A stretch of DNA of 64,000 bases from Actinomycetes bacterium (GCA_023461275.1 JAEYMI010000022.1:30829-94828), one strand, 5' to 3'. Positions 18,270-30,079 are shown, numbered from the stretch's first letter. The notes: a model not told the origin generated them from the sequence alone. Numbers and translations: made by a program.

Positions 18270-19040
18270 ATGAGTACGCCCTATCCCGTCCCACGCTGGC
18301 CAGAGGTTTCGTCCGCGGTTCCCGAAGGCACCGCAACCCCCGAAATGATCTCGGCGACAACGGATACCGGCAGTCCGGCCCCGTGGCTCATCGAAGGCCA
18401 CGGGGTGGCCTGGATCGCGCGCGCCTCCCGATCCGACGTCGACCTGCTGCCCGCCGAACTCCGGTCCGGCGCACTGCCGGTGGCCCGCGTGGCGATGGCG
18501 GTGCGTTACGCGAGCACCCCGGTCGGTCCGTACAACGAGCTCGGCTGCGGACTCGCCTGCCTTCGACGCGATGGCGCCTGGCTGCACATCCCGTTCCTGC
18601 CCGTCGACTCAGCAGCCACCATGCGCGGCGGCCGGGAGAACTGGGCGCTGCCCAAGACGCTGGCGACCTTCACCGGCGATCCCGAGCCCGAGTCGTCGTT
18701 CCGGCTGGCCGGCGACCACCCGCAGCCATGGTCGGTGAGCCTCGACATCTCGCGTCGAAGGGGTTCGGTGCCGCTGGGGGTTCCCGGGCCGCTCAAGTGG
18801 CTGCCGGCGTTCGGATTGACGTCGTTGCTGGGCATCGAACAGGTCACGCCGGACGGTCGGCGACTGCGGGCCGGCTTCGACAACCCGTTCGCGCCGTCGG
18901 TCCAGGTGGGCTCCGCCGGAGTGGACGTCGAGGTCGACGGCAGCCCTGAGCTGCGACGATTACTTCCCGACGGCCATCATCGGGGCGTGGCGATGACCTA
19001 CCGCGGGGTGCACCTCGCCGCGGCCCGCGTCGATCGCTGA
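18270..19040 (+). CDS. Acetoacetate decarboxylase (ADC)-family protein
   Basis: VRYASTPVGPYNELG and PVDSAATMRGGRENWALPK are ADC-family signatures. The start is taken at MSTPYPV. Confidence 0.6.
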   Translation: MSTPYPVPRWPEVSSAVPEGTATPEMISATTDTGSPAPWLIEGHGVAWIARASRSDVDLLPAELRSGALPVARVAMAVRYASTPVGPYNELGCGLACLRRDGAWLHIPFLPVDSAATMRGGRENWALPKTLATFTGDPEPESSFRLAGDHPQPWSVSLDISRRRGSVPLGVPGPLKWLPAFGLTSLLGIEQVTPDGRRLRAGFDNPFAPSVQVGSAGVDVEVDGSPELRRLLPDGHHRGVAMTYRGVHLAAARVDR

Positions 19041-19113
19041 GACCCCCACCCGGAGCCGTTTGCGGGTTCGACCCGCTTTTGGGGTCTGAGACGTCCGGGG
19101 TGGTCGTGAGCTT

Positions 19114-19190
19114 GGCACAACCTCGGTAGGACCGGCGGTCGGTGTCGATAATCGACGCGACGATCCGCAGGCACCGAGGCTGTGTCACGC
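19114..19190. repeat. Palindromic intergenic element of about 77 bp, copy A
   Basis: GGCACAACCTCGGTA...ATAATCGACGCGAC...CACCGAGGCTGTGTCACGC; the arms are inverted repeats. Related copies lie at 25600 and 59632. Confidence 0.7.
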
Positions 19191-19292
19191 AATCTCGTCG
19201 TCGACGACGGCTGCACGCGCGAACGCGGGGTGAGCTTCCGGTCCCGGGGTGAACTCGCAGGCGCGGGCTGGGTACCGGGGCGAGTAACGGGG

Positions 19293-19670
19293 TCAGGCCA
19301 GCGTACGAACCCGGTACTTGAGCGTGCCGGTCAGCACGTGCCCGTCGACGGCACGGGCGCGGTAGCGGACGGTGAACCAGCCCGGGGGCGTCTTGGTGCT
19401 CAGTCCGGCGAGCACGCTACGACCTGAGAACCGCACCTTGCCCTGCCGGATCGACCGCTGGGCGGCGTCGGTGACGCTGACGGTGACCGCCGCGGGCCGG
19501 GCGGCGAAGGTCAGGGTGATGTGGTCGGGTGCGGCGTGCAGCACGCTGGCGTTGCGCGGATCCGAACGCACCAGCTGCGAATGCGCGGTCGCCGGCGCCG
19601 CACACCACGCGGTCACGGCCAGCAATACAGTGCAGATGGCCGCGGTCAACCCGGTTCGACGACGCGCCAT
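19293..19670 (-). CDS. CopC-domain copper-resistance protein
   Basis: A signal peptide is followed by the mature N-terminus HSQLVRSDPRNASVL, typical of CopC. Confidence 0.75.
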   Translation of the reverse strand: MARRRTGLTAAICTVLLAVTAWCAAPATAHSQLVRSDPRNASVLHAAPDHITLTFAARPAAVTVSVTDAAQRSIRQGKVRFSGRSVLAGLSTKTPPGWFTVRYRARAVDGHVLTGTLKYRVRTLA

Positions 19671-19752
19671 GTCCGGTGAGCCTCCCTCTTGTGCCACGTG
19701 CGGATTCCCCGGTCGGGTCCGGCTCGGGCGTGGCGGTGAAACAATAGCTCAC

Positions 19753-20613
19753 ATGTCATCGTCGACGGCCACTCACAGCATCGAGATCCGCGAGATGTCC
19801 GCGCCGGCCGACCTCGCCCGTCTCGTCGGAGTGTTCGACGACGTGTGGCGCCCGGACCCCACCAACCCTCCGGCCAGCACCGACATGCTGCGCGCCCTGG
19901 CCCACGCCGGCAACTACGTGGTGGGGGCCTTCGTCGAGGGTCGGCTCGCCGGCGGCAGCGTCGGATTCTTCGCGGCGCCGGCCGGTGAGGTGCTGCACAG
20001 TCACATGACCGGGGTCTCGCACCTCGGCCGCGGACTCGGTCTCGGCCATGCGATGAAGATGCATCAGCGCGACTGGGCGATCGCGCGCGGTCTGACGGCC
20101 ATCACGTGGACCTTCGATCCGCTCGTCGCACGCAACGCCTACTTCAATCTCACCAAACTCGGCGCGGCACCGGTCGAATACCACCGCGACTTCTACGGGG
20201 TGATCGGCGACCAACTGGCCGGCGAGGACGAGACCGATCGACTCCTGCTGCGCTGGGCGCTGACCGAGGCCACCCTGGAACCCGACACCTCCCGCAGCGC
20301 AACCCAATTCGTCGACGACGGAGCGATCCTCGCCATCGACGACACCGATCCCGATCACCCGGTTGCCGTCACCGACCCACTCCCCGATCACGCGACGGTG
20401 GTGGTCCCGGTGCCTCCCGATATCGAGTTGCTGCGTCGGGAAACCCCGGAGGTGGCAACGCGATGGCGACGGGCATCGGCCGGGGTGTTCGCCCAGCTCG
20501 CTATGCCCGACAAGACCAGGCCGACGGCATTCTTGCGTTCCGGCCATTACGTTTTCGGCCCGGCTGTGCTGAATCACCGGTCGGGACTGAATCACCAAGC
20601 CGGTCAACGATGA
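19753..20613 (+). CDS. GNAT-family N-acyltransferase (candidate amino acid N-succinyl/acetyltransferase)
   Basis: The start is MSSSTATHSIEI. GNAT core HMTGVSHLGRGLGLGHAMKMHQRDWA. The stop overlaps the NSAR/OSBS start (ATGA). Confidence 0.6.
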   Translation: MSSSTATHSIEIREMSAPADLARLVGVFDDVWRPDPTNPPASTDMLRALAHAGNYVVGAFVEGRLAGGSVGFFAAPAGEVLHSHMTGVSHLGRGLGLGHAMKMHQRDWAIARGLTAITWTFDPLVARNAYFNLTKLGAAPVEYHRDFYGVIGDQLAGEDETDRLLLRWALTEATLEPDTSRSATQFVDDGAILAIDDTDPDHPVAVTDPLPDHATVVVPVPPDIELLRRETPEVATRWRRASAGVFAQLAMPDKTRPTAFLRSGHYVFGPAVLNHRSGLNHQAGQR

Positions 20614-21725
20614 GCGTCCGGATCGAGGGCGTCGAACTACGGCGCGTCGAATTGCCTCTCGCGGCTCCGTTTCGCACATCGTTCGGAATTGAACACTCGC
20701 GCAACGCCTTACTCGTCCGGGTGGTCACCCCCGATGCCGAGGGCTGGGGTGAATGCGTGACGATCGACGAGCCGATCTATTCCGAGGAGTACACCGACGG
20801 CGCGATCGATGTGCTGCGTCGATTCCTGGTGCCACCGGTGTGTGATGCCGACGAGATCACCGCATCGGCTGTCAGCCGTCGGCTCGCCCATATCAAGGGT
20901 CACCGAATGGCCAAGGGCGCGTTGGAGGCAGCTGTTCTCGATGCCGAAACCCGAATAGCCGGAATATCACTGGCGGAGCGTCTCGGCGGAACCTTGCCGC
21001 GGGTGCGGGTCGGGGTGTCGGTCGGGATCGGCGACTCGATCCCCGAACTTCTCGACGAGGTGGCCGCCCATCTCGAGAGTGGTTATGGCCGAATCAAACT
21101 GAAGATCGAACCCGGCTGGGACATCGAACCGGTGCGGGCGGTGCGGGAACGCTTCGGTGATCAGCTACTACTGCAGGTCGACGCCAACACGGCCTACGGA
21201 CCCACCGATCTGCGGCACCTCACCCGACTCGACGACTTCGACCTGCTCCTGATCGAGCAGCCATTCGACGAAGAAGACCTGGCCACTCACGTTCGGCTGC
21301 AACAGATGTCGTCGACGCCGATCTGCCTCGACGAATCGATCACGTCGGCCCGCGCCGCCGCCGACGCCATCCGGCTGGGCGCCTGCGAGATCGTGAACAT
21401 CAAACCCGGCCGGGTGGGTGGCTATCTCGAGGCCGCACGCATCCACGATGTCTGTGTGGCACATGGCATTCCGGTGTGGTGCGGCGGAATGCTCGAAACC
21501 GGCATCGGGCGGGCGGCCAACCTCGCGCTCGCGTCGATGCCGGGATTCACGCTCCCCGGCGACATCTCGTCGACCTCCCGGTACTTCCACCGCGACATCA
21601 CACCGGAGTTCACCGCGGTCGACGGCGTGATGACGGTACCGACCGGCCCCGGCATCGGGGTGAGTCCGCTCGACGACGCCCTCGCCGAACTCACAACATG
21701 GAGCGAGTGGCTCGTCGGGCCGTAG
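20610..21725 (+). CDS. Enolase-superfamily o-succinylbenzoate synthase / N-succinylamino acid racemase family protein
   Basis: IKLKIEPGWD, LQVDANTAY, IEQP, CLDES and NIKPGRVGG provide the MLE-subgroup catalytic Lys/Asp/Glu pattern. Confidence 0.8.
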   Translation: MSVRIEGVELRRVELPLAAPFRTSFGIEHSRNALLVRVVTPDAEGWGECVTIDEPIYSEEYTDGAIDVLRRFLVPPVCDADEITASAVSRRLAHIKGHRMAKGALEAAVLDAETRIAGISLAERLGGTLPRVRVGVSVGIGDSIPELLDEVAAHLESGYGRIKLKIEPGWDIEPVRAVRERFGDQLLLQVDANTAYGPTDLRHLTRLDDFDLLLIEQPFDEEDLATHVRLQQMSSTPICLDESITSARAAADAIRLGACEIVNIKPGRVGGYLEAARIHDVCVAHGIPVWCGGMLETGIGRAANLALASMPGFTLPGDISSTSRYFHRDITPEFTAVDGVMTVPTGPGIGVSPLDDALAELTTWSEWLVGP

Positions 21726-21918
21726 GAGGCTGCGGGGCCGGGCGATGAACCACAGCCGGGCCCTCGGTGCCATCGGCCCGGTGCCACCTGCTCGGTGCCA
21801 TCCGCTCGCTGTCATTCGATCGGGTCATTCGTTCGGGAACACATCGAAGGACCCATGCCCCTGGCCGGTCCGGCGTGCTCTAATGATGCGATTCGATCGC
21901 TCATCCGGGGGGGTAGCA

Positions 21919-22311
21919 ATGAGTTTCGTCAGGTCCAGACTCGCGCGTCGCACGTTGACGATCCTGTTCGCGAGCGCCTTCGGCGTGCTGGCAGTCGCGA
22001 CTCCCGCCCATGCGACGCCGCCCAACCACTTCGGTGCCATGGCGATCAGTTTCTCGACCGGCAGCGTGGGCTCGGCGGTCAACTACTACACCACCCATGA
22101 GGCGCAACTGGCCGCGATGGCACGCTGCGGCGTCGCAGACTGCCAGTGGGTGGTCACGATGGACCGCAACTGCGGCTCGGTCGCGCAGCAGCCACTGACC
22201 GACCACTGGGGCTGGGCGTACGGCCCCGACCGCAACCGCGCCCGCGTGTCCGCGCGCAACGCCGCCGGCTGGTTCGCCTACGACGTGCTCTCGGCCTGCA
22301 CCGCTAGGTAG
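21919..22311 (+). CDS. Secreted DUF4189-domain protein
   Basis: Signal peptide (AFGVLAVATPAHA) followed by FGAMAISFSTGSVGSAVNY...ARCGVADCQWVV...CGSVA. Confidence 0.65.
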   Translation: MSFVRSRLARRTLTILFASAFGVLAVATPAHATPPNHFGAMAISFSTGSVGSAVNYYTTHEAQLAAMARCGVADCQWVVTMDRNCGSVAQQPLTDHWGWAYGPDRNRARVSARNAAGWFAYDVLSACTAR

Positions 22312-22385
22312 CGCCGCCGACACCGACACACCCCGTCACCGGGGGCGTGTCACCACGCGCCGGGCGCGCGTGATCGTATGGATTG

Positions 22386-23441
22386 ATGACCACCGTCGAG
22401 GTAACCGGACATCGCCAGCGTGAGGCGTGGGCGAACAAGGTCCTGCCGCCGGTCGAAGAGGTCCGCCCGGGCCTCTGGTCGATCCCGGTCACGATGCCCG
22501 CCAACCCGCTGCGCTACATCCTGGTCTACGCGCTGGCCCTGCCCGACGGCCTCGCCCTGATCGACACCGGCTGGAACACCGACGAGGGCTGGCAGATGCT
22601 CGTCGACGGCATCCACACCACCGGTCACGACGTCTCCGACGTCCGGCACGTGTCGATCACCCATCTGCACCCAGACCATTTCGGGCTGGTGCCGCGACTA
22701 CTGGAACACGCCGACCCGGTGCTCGCGATGCACCGCAACGATGCCCGTCACCTGCGGTTTCACGACGATGACGAGGTACGACGCCAGGTCGCCGCCACAC
22801 GGCAATCGCTCGCGAAGCTCGGCGCGCCGACTGAGGGCGCCGAGGTGGGCCTCGGACAGTTCGTGCGCCTGCCACAAGGTCGCAGCTTCGACGTCGAACT
22901 CGATGACGGCGACCCGCTGGGCCTGGACGGATGGAACCTGCGTGCGGTCTGGACACCCGGGCACACCGCAGGTCACCTCTGCTTTCTCGACGAGGATGCC
23001 GGCTTCGTGTTCACCGGCGATCATCTGCTGCCGCGCATCAGCCCGAACGTCTCGACCAACGCGTTCCAGTCCGGGAGCCCGCTCGCGCAGTACCTGATCT
23101 CGCTGGCCAACACCGAGCATCTGCCCGACGTCGAAGCGTTGCCGTCGCACGAGTACCGCTTTCGTGGGCTGGCCGATCGCGCGTCGGACCTGCTCGGCCA
23201 TCACCAGGCCCGGCTCGACGAGATCGAGGCGGCCGTGCGCGCCGAGCCCGAGACCACCGCGTGGGACATCACCCGGTCGGTGACCTGGTCGCGGCCGTTC
23301 TCCGACCTGTCGGTGATGCTCAGCCGGATGGCGTTGCACGAGACGCACGCCCACCTCGTCGTCCTGGCCGAGCGAGGCATCCTCACCGCCCACGACGGCG
23401 TGCCGGAGCGGTGGACGGTCCGGACCGACCCCACCGGGTAA
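22386..23441 (+). CDS. MBL-fold metallo-hydrolase
   Basis: THLHPDHFG (HxHxDH) motif, plus TPGHTAGH. Confidence 0.85.
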   Translation: MTTVEVTGHRQREAWANKVLPPVEEVRPGLWSIPVTMPANPLRYILVYALALPDGLALIDTGWNTDEGWQMLVDGIHTTGHDVSDVRHVSITHLHPDHFGLVPRLLEHADPVLAMHRNDARHLRFHDDDEVRRQVAATRQSLAKLGAPTEGAEVGLGQFVRLPQGRSFDVELDDGDPLGLDGWNLRAVWTPGHTAGHLCFLDEDAGFVFTGDHLLPRISPNVSTNAFQSGSPLAQYLISLANTEHLPDVEALPSHEYRFRGLADRASDLLGHHQARLDEIEAAVRAEPETTAWDITRSVTWSRPFSDLSVMLSRMALHETHAHLVVLAERGILTAHDGVPERWTVRTDPTG

Positions 23442-23453
23442 TAGGCTGATGGG

Positions 23454-25475
<2,022 letters not shown>

Positions 25476-25599
25476 TTTCGCGCGATCGAACGGGGCCCCT
25501 GACGCGTTCGCTCCCGATGTAGTCGTTCGCGCGTGATGCATCAATCGCGAACGAACAGATCGCGAGCGAACACAAGAACCACTCGGTCAACACGAACCC

Positions 25600-25676
25600 G
25601 ACACAACCTCGGTGCCACAGCAATACCGAGTCAATAATCGACGCGACACCGCTCTCCCACCGAGGCTGTGTCACGC
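25600..25676. repeat. Palindromic intergenic element of about 77 bp, copy B
   Basis: GACACAACCTCGGTG (25600-25614) and CACCGAGGCTGTGTC (25658-25672) are 14/15 complementary. The core ATAATCGACGCGAC is shared with copy A. Confidence 0.75.
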
Positions 25677-25719
25677 CCTAGAAAGAAACCGACGGCGGCT
25701 CGTGCCCGACGAGCGAGGT

Positions 25720-25824
25720 GAGCGCTATCGACGAGAACCTGGGCGCCGTCAACGGCAACGAGGGCGCCGTCAACGGCAAGGTGGGCGCCGTCAACGGCAA
25801 CGAGGGCGCCGTCGACGAACAGCA
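25720..25824. repeat. Tandem array of 21-bp GGGCGCCGTCAACGGCAA-type units (about 5 copies)
   Basis: GGGCGCCGTCAACGGCAACGA, GGGCGCCGTCAACGGCAAGGT and GGGCGCCGTCAACGGCAACGA, plus degenerate end units. It abuts the WS/DGAT stop codon. Confidence 0.85.
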
Positions 25825-25828
25825 CGGC

Positions 25829-27238
25829 TCAGGAGTGGTCCTCGCACGCCTTGAGCAGTTGCTTGATCTGGTCGTCGAATCCGTCGGCGATCCGGTCGAC
25901 GTCGGGTGCCTGGTCGGTGCAGGTGACCACGCCGACGTTGAGGTTTCCGTCGGCGGAGAAGACGGTGATGTTCAGCCCCAGTCCGTGGAAGATCGGGCCG
26001 AGCGGGAAGACGCCGGTGACGCGGGCCCCCGCGAAGTAGAGCCCGAAGTCGGGGCCGGCGACGTTGGACACCACCGCGTTGAAGATCGGCGGATGCTTCA
26101 GCGCCAGCTTGCGATCGCCGTAGAGCTTCATCGCCGACGACATGGTGCTGCCCGGCGCGAACTGCGCCCAGGCGCGCATCAGGTTGGCGTCGATCTCGCC
26201 GTGATGCTCCTTGGCGGTGCGGCTGGTCTCCGCGGTGCGCTCGAGGCGTTCGACGGGGTCGTCAATGTCGGAGTGCAGCAGGGTGAACATGCCGGTCACC
26301 TTGTTGGTGCCGCCGACCACCAGACTCTCCTCGCCGGCGTCATGCACCGACACCGGGACCATCGCCACCAGCGGCTGCTCCGGAAGTTCCTGGTGATCGG
26401 CCAGATAGTGGCGCAGCGCGCCGGCCGTGACCGCGAGGACGACGTCGTTGACCTTCACGCCGAAGCGGTTCTTGATCTTCTTGACGTCGTCGAGGTTCAG
26501 CTGCGCCAGCGCGATGGACCGATGCGGGGTGATCGGCCCGTTGAAACGCAGCCGCGGCGCCTGGAACGGTGCGGGCATCGCCGAATTCCGGCGCATCCGC
26601 AGCGCCCACGCGAACGGCACCTCGATGGTCGCCGGAAGCAGCTTGGCCATGGCGATGGGCCGCTGCACGAAGTAGTTGATCGCCCCGGTGACCGCCATCG
26701 TGGCCCGCGACGACGTGCCCGCGGTCTGCCGGATCTTCTCGGCGTCGAGGTCGGGGGCGTCCGGGGTCAGCGAGCACAGTTGTGAAAGCAGGTCGGCGCT
26801 GGTCACACCGTCGACGGAGGCATGGTGCATGCGGATCATCACCGCGATGCGTCCGTCGGCGAGTCCTTCGATGATCCAGATCTCCCACAGCGGCTTGCCA
26901 CGGTCGAGGGTCTGACCGGCCAGATGACCACAGAGCTCGGCGAGTTCGGCCTCCCCGCCGGGCGCAGGCACCGCGATGCGATGGACGTGGCGTTCGATGT
27001 CGAAGTGGCTGTCCTCGACCCACACCGGGTGATCGATGTTGAGGAATGAGTTGTCGAGTTTGCGTCGGAAATTGGGCATCTCGCGCACACGCCGCTCGAG
27101 CTCCCGGCGCACCTTGCGGAAGTTGTACCCGCCCTTGATGGTGTCCGGATCGATCACGAGAACACCCATGACATGCATGAGCTGCGCGCGTGTCTCCATG
27201 TACAGGAACGACGCGTCGAGCCCGCTCAGCCGCTGCAT
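25829..27238 (-). CDS. Wax ester synthase/diacylglycerol acyltransferase (WS/DGAT)
   Basis: 469 aa. Begins MQRLSGLDASFLYMET and carries the active-site motif HHASVDG. Confidence 0.9.
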   Translation of the reverse strand: MQRLSGLDASFLYMETRAQLMHVMGVLVIDPDTIKGGYNFRKVRRELERRVREMPNFRRKLDNSFLNIDHPVWVEDSHFDIERHVHRIAVPAPGGEAELAELCGHLAGQTLDRGKPLWEIWIIEGLADGRIAVMIRMHHASVDGVTSADLLSQLCSLTPDAPDLDAEKIRQTAGTSSRATMAVTGAINYFVQRPIAMAKLLPATIEVPFAWALRMRRNSAMPAPFQAPRLRFNGPITPHRSIALAQLNLDDVKKIKNRFGVKVNDVVLAVTAGALRHYLADHQELPEQPLVAMVPVSVHDAGEESLVVGGTNKVTGMFTLLHSDIDDPVERLERTAETSRTAKEHHGEIDANLMRAWAQFAPGSTMSSAMKLYGDRKLALKHPPIFNAVVSNVAGPDFGLYFAGARVTGVFPLGPIFHGLGLNITVFSADGNLNVGVVTCTDQAPDVDRIADGFDDQIKQLLKACEDHS

Positions 27239-27640
27239 GTCGACGTCCGATCATGTCTCACAGATGTGATGCTACGCAGCGCACACGAACTCGGGTTTGA
27301 TGTCTGAAAATGCGTGACCGAGCAGTCAAATCTGCCCATCGTCTGTGAAATGTTCCCCAGGGACTGGCGCGATACCCTACTGATCGGTAAGAATCTGTGA
27401 TGCGCGACGCAGATGAGGCCGTCGACCGTGGATTTCACAGCCGACGGACGGGGGGTAACACTTCACAGCGCGGTGACGACACCCAGTGGTCACAACAGCG
27501 GTCGCACCACCGTGGTTACGACACCGTAGGTACGAACTTGGGTTGACTTCTCAAGTGCCGTACCCTGGACCACTGATCATCATGTCGCGACCACGACTAA
27601 GGCATGACATACGAACCCAAACCGTGCGGAGGACGACGAT

Positions 27641-28633
27641 ATGGCCCGCGAGCTGAAGCAACTCGAATTGCTGCAAGAACTCTCCCCGGTCGCCGAGGAG
27701 AACGTCAACCGGCATCTCAAGATCGCCAAGGACTGGAACCCGCACGACTACGTGCCGTGGGATGAGGGCCGCAACTTCGCCGCACTCGGTGGCGTCGACT
27801 ACGACCCCGAGCAATCGCAGCTCGATGAGGTCGCCAAGGCCGCGATGATCACCAACCTCCTCACCGAGGACAACCTGCCGTCGTATCACCGCGTGATCGC
27901 CGACAACTTCTCGATGGACTCCGCCTGGGGCCACTGGGTGGGCCGCTGGACCGCCGAGGAGAACCGCCACAGCATCGTGATGCGCGACTACCTCGTCGTC
28001 ACCCGTGGCGTCGACCCGGCCTCCCTGGAAGCCGACCGCATGGTCCACATGACCAACGGCTACTCGCCGGAGGCCGCCGCCGGCGACCGCGTGGAAGAGC
28101 TGATGGCCAAGGGTCAGGACATGGGCATTCTGCACTCGGTCGCGTACGTGACCTTCCAGGAGCTCGCGACCCGCGTGAGCCACCGCAACACCGGCAAGGC
28201 CTGCAACGACCCGATCGCCGACAAGATGCTGCAGCGCATCGCCGCCGACGAGAACCTGCACATGATCTTCTACCGCAACATCTGCGGCGCGGGCATGGAC
28301 ATCTCCCCCGACCAGACGCTGCGCGCGGTCACCGACATCGTCACCAACTTCCAGATGCCCGGCGCCGGCATGCCGAACTTCCGTCGCCACGGCGTGCTGA
28401 TGGCCAAGCACGGCATCTACGACCTGCGCCAGCACCTCGAAGAGGTCATCATGCCGGTGCTGCGTAAGTGGAATGTCTTCGACCGCACCGACTTCGGCTC
28501 CGAGGGCGAGGCGACCCGCGAAGAGCTGGCCACCTTCCTCGAGCAGCTCGAGAAGGACACCATCCGCTTCGAGGAGATGCGCGACCGCGCGCTCGCCCGC
28601 GAGGCCAAGAAGCGCGAGCAGCAGGCATCCTGA
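27641..28633 (+). CDS. desA1: Acyl-ACP desaturase (DesA1-like)
   Basis: 330 aa with di-iron motifs EENRH and DENLH. RBS GGAGGA. The position is syntenic with M. tuberculosis desA1. Confidence 0.85.
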   Translation: MARELKQLELLQELSPVAEENVNRHLKIAKDWNPHDYVPWDEGRNFAALGGVDYDPEQSQLDEVAKAAMITNLLTEDNLPSYHRVIADNFSMDSAWGHWVGRWTAEENRHSIVMRDYLVVTRGVDPASLEADRMVHMTNGYSPEAAAGDRVEELMAKGQDMGILHSVAYVTFQELATRVSHRNTGKACNDPIADKMLQRIAADENLHMIFYRNICGAGMDISPDQTLRAVTDIVTNFQMPGAGMPNFRRHGVLMAKHGIYDLRQHLEEVIMPVLRKWNVFDRTDFGSEGEATREELATFLEQLEKDTIRFEEMRDRALAREAKKREQQAS

Positions 28634-28650
28634 GCACTCCGACGACGACC

Positions 28651-29877
28651 ATGCCACCGGCGCCCTCGACCATCGAGGGCGCCGGTCTGGCGTCTGCCCG
28701 ACCGACCGATTCGGATCGCGCCGCCGATCAACACCGACCCGCTCTGCGCATCGGTTCGATCGAGTTGAACTCACCGGTGGTCCTCGCGCCGATGGCCGGC
28801 GTCACCAACGTCGCCTTTCGCACGTTGTGCCGGGAGCTCGAACTGGCCCGCACCGGAACGGTTTCCGGACTCTACGTCTGCGAGATGGTGACCGCCCGGG
28901 CCCTCGTCGAACGACATCCGGTCACCATGCACATGACCACCTTCGGACCCGACGAACAGCCACGCTCCATGCAGCTGTACACCGTCGACCCCGAATACAC
29001 TTACGCCGCAGCCAAAATGATCGTCGACGAGAACCTCGCCGACCACATCGACATGAACTTCGGCTGCCCCGTCCCCAAGGTCACCCGACGCGGCGGTGGC
29101 TCGGCGATCCCCTACAAGCGCAAGCTCTTTGAGCGCATCGTGGCCGCCGCGGTCCGCGCCACCGAGGGCACCGACATCCCGGTGACCGTCAAGTTCCGCA
29201 TCGGCATCGACGACGAGCACCACACCCACCTCGACGCCGGTCGCATCGCGGCCGCAGAAGGCGCCAAAGCCGTTGCGCTGCATGCCCGTACCGCCTCGCA
29301 GCGCTACTCCGGCACCGCCGACTGGGATGAAATCGCCCGCCTCAAGGAGCATGTCACCGAGGTGCCGGTGCTCGGCAACGGCGACATCTTCGAGGCCGCC
29401 GACGCCGTCGCGATGATGCGACGCACCGGATGCGACGGCGTCGTCATCGGCCGTGGCTGCCTCGGGCGGCCGTGGTTGTTCGCCGAATTGTCGGCCGAGC
29501 TCAACGGTTTCGACACCCCCACCCCGCCGACGCTCGGTGAGGTCGCCGCGATCATCGTCCGCCACGGCGAACTGCTCGCCGACCACCACGGCGAAGACAA
29601 GGGCATGCGTGAAATCCGCAAGCACGTCGCGTGGTACCTGCGCGGCTTCCCGGCCGGCGCCGAGACCCGGCAGCGTATGTCGCTGGTCAGCACCGTCGAC
29701 GAATTGCGCGAACTGGTCGGCGCACTGCCTGCCGACACCCCCTTCCCTGCCGACGGGCACGGACCGCGCGGGCGCCAGGGGTCACCGGCCAAGGTGGCAC
29801 TGCCCGACGGCTGGCTCGACGATCCGCAGGAGGACATCGTCCCCGCCGACGCCGAAGTGATGCACTCGGGCGGCTGA
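28651..29877 (+). CDS. dus: tRNA-dihydrouridine synthase
   Basis: LAPMAGVTNVAFR, DMNFGCP and VTVKFRIG motifs. The start is taken at MPPAPSTIEG. Confidence 0.85.
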   Translation: MPPAPSTIEGAGLASARPTDSDRAADQHRPALRIGSIELNSPVVLAPMAGVTNVAFRTLCRELELARTGTVSGLYVCEMVTARALVERHPVTMHMTTFGPDEQPRSMQLYTVDPEYTYAAAKMIVDENLADHIDMNFGCPVPKVTRRGGGSAIPYKRKLFERIVAAAVRATEGTDIPVTVKFRIGIDDEHHTHLDAGRIAAAEGAKAVALHARTASQRYSGTADWDEIARLKEHVTEVPVLGNGDIFEAADAVAMMRRTGCDGVVIGRGCLGRPWLFAELSAELNGFDTPTPPTLGEVAAIIVRHGELLADHHGEDKGMREIRKHVAWYLRGFPAGAETRQRMSLVSTVDELRELVGALPADTPFPADGHGPRGRQGSPAKVALPDGWLDDPQEDIVPADAEVMHSGG

Positions 29878-29936
29878 CCTCTGGGGCTTGGCGATCGCCG
29901 ACGGTGCGGCTGACCTGCGGCCGACGTTGGGGTGGC

Positions 29937-29971
29937 GCACCTGAGCACGGTACAGATATGTTCTCAGGTGC
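29937..29971 (+). terminator. Hairpin downstream of dus
   Basis: GCACCTGAG-N17-CTCAGGTGC. Confidence 0.35.
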
Positions 29972-30079
29972 AATCAGTATGATGACCAACGGATTCTTGC
30001 GTCACGCAGGAAATGTCAGTCTGCCCGCAGCAACGGCCCCTCCGACTTCGCGGCAGAAGTTCGTCGGGGCTGTCGAAGG

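Noticed and set aside
20610-21725. Calling this gene menC (o-succinylbenzoate synthase of menaquinone synthesis).
   Set aside because: No men genes are adjacent, and it is translationally coupled to a GNAT acyltransferase. The family call is kept but the gene symbol is withheld.
25720-25824. Possible CRISPR array (also 33113-33508).
   Set aside because: The units are contiguous 21-bp tandem repeats with no unique spacers. There is no leader and there are no cas genes.
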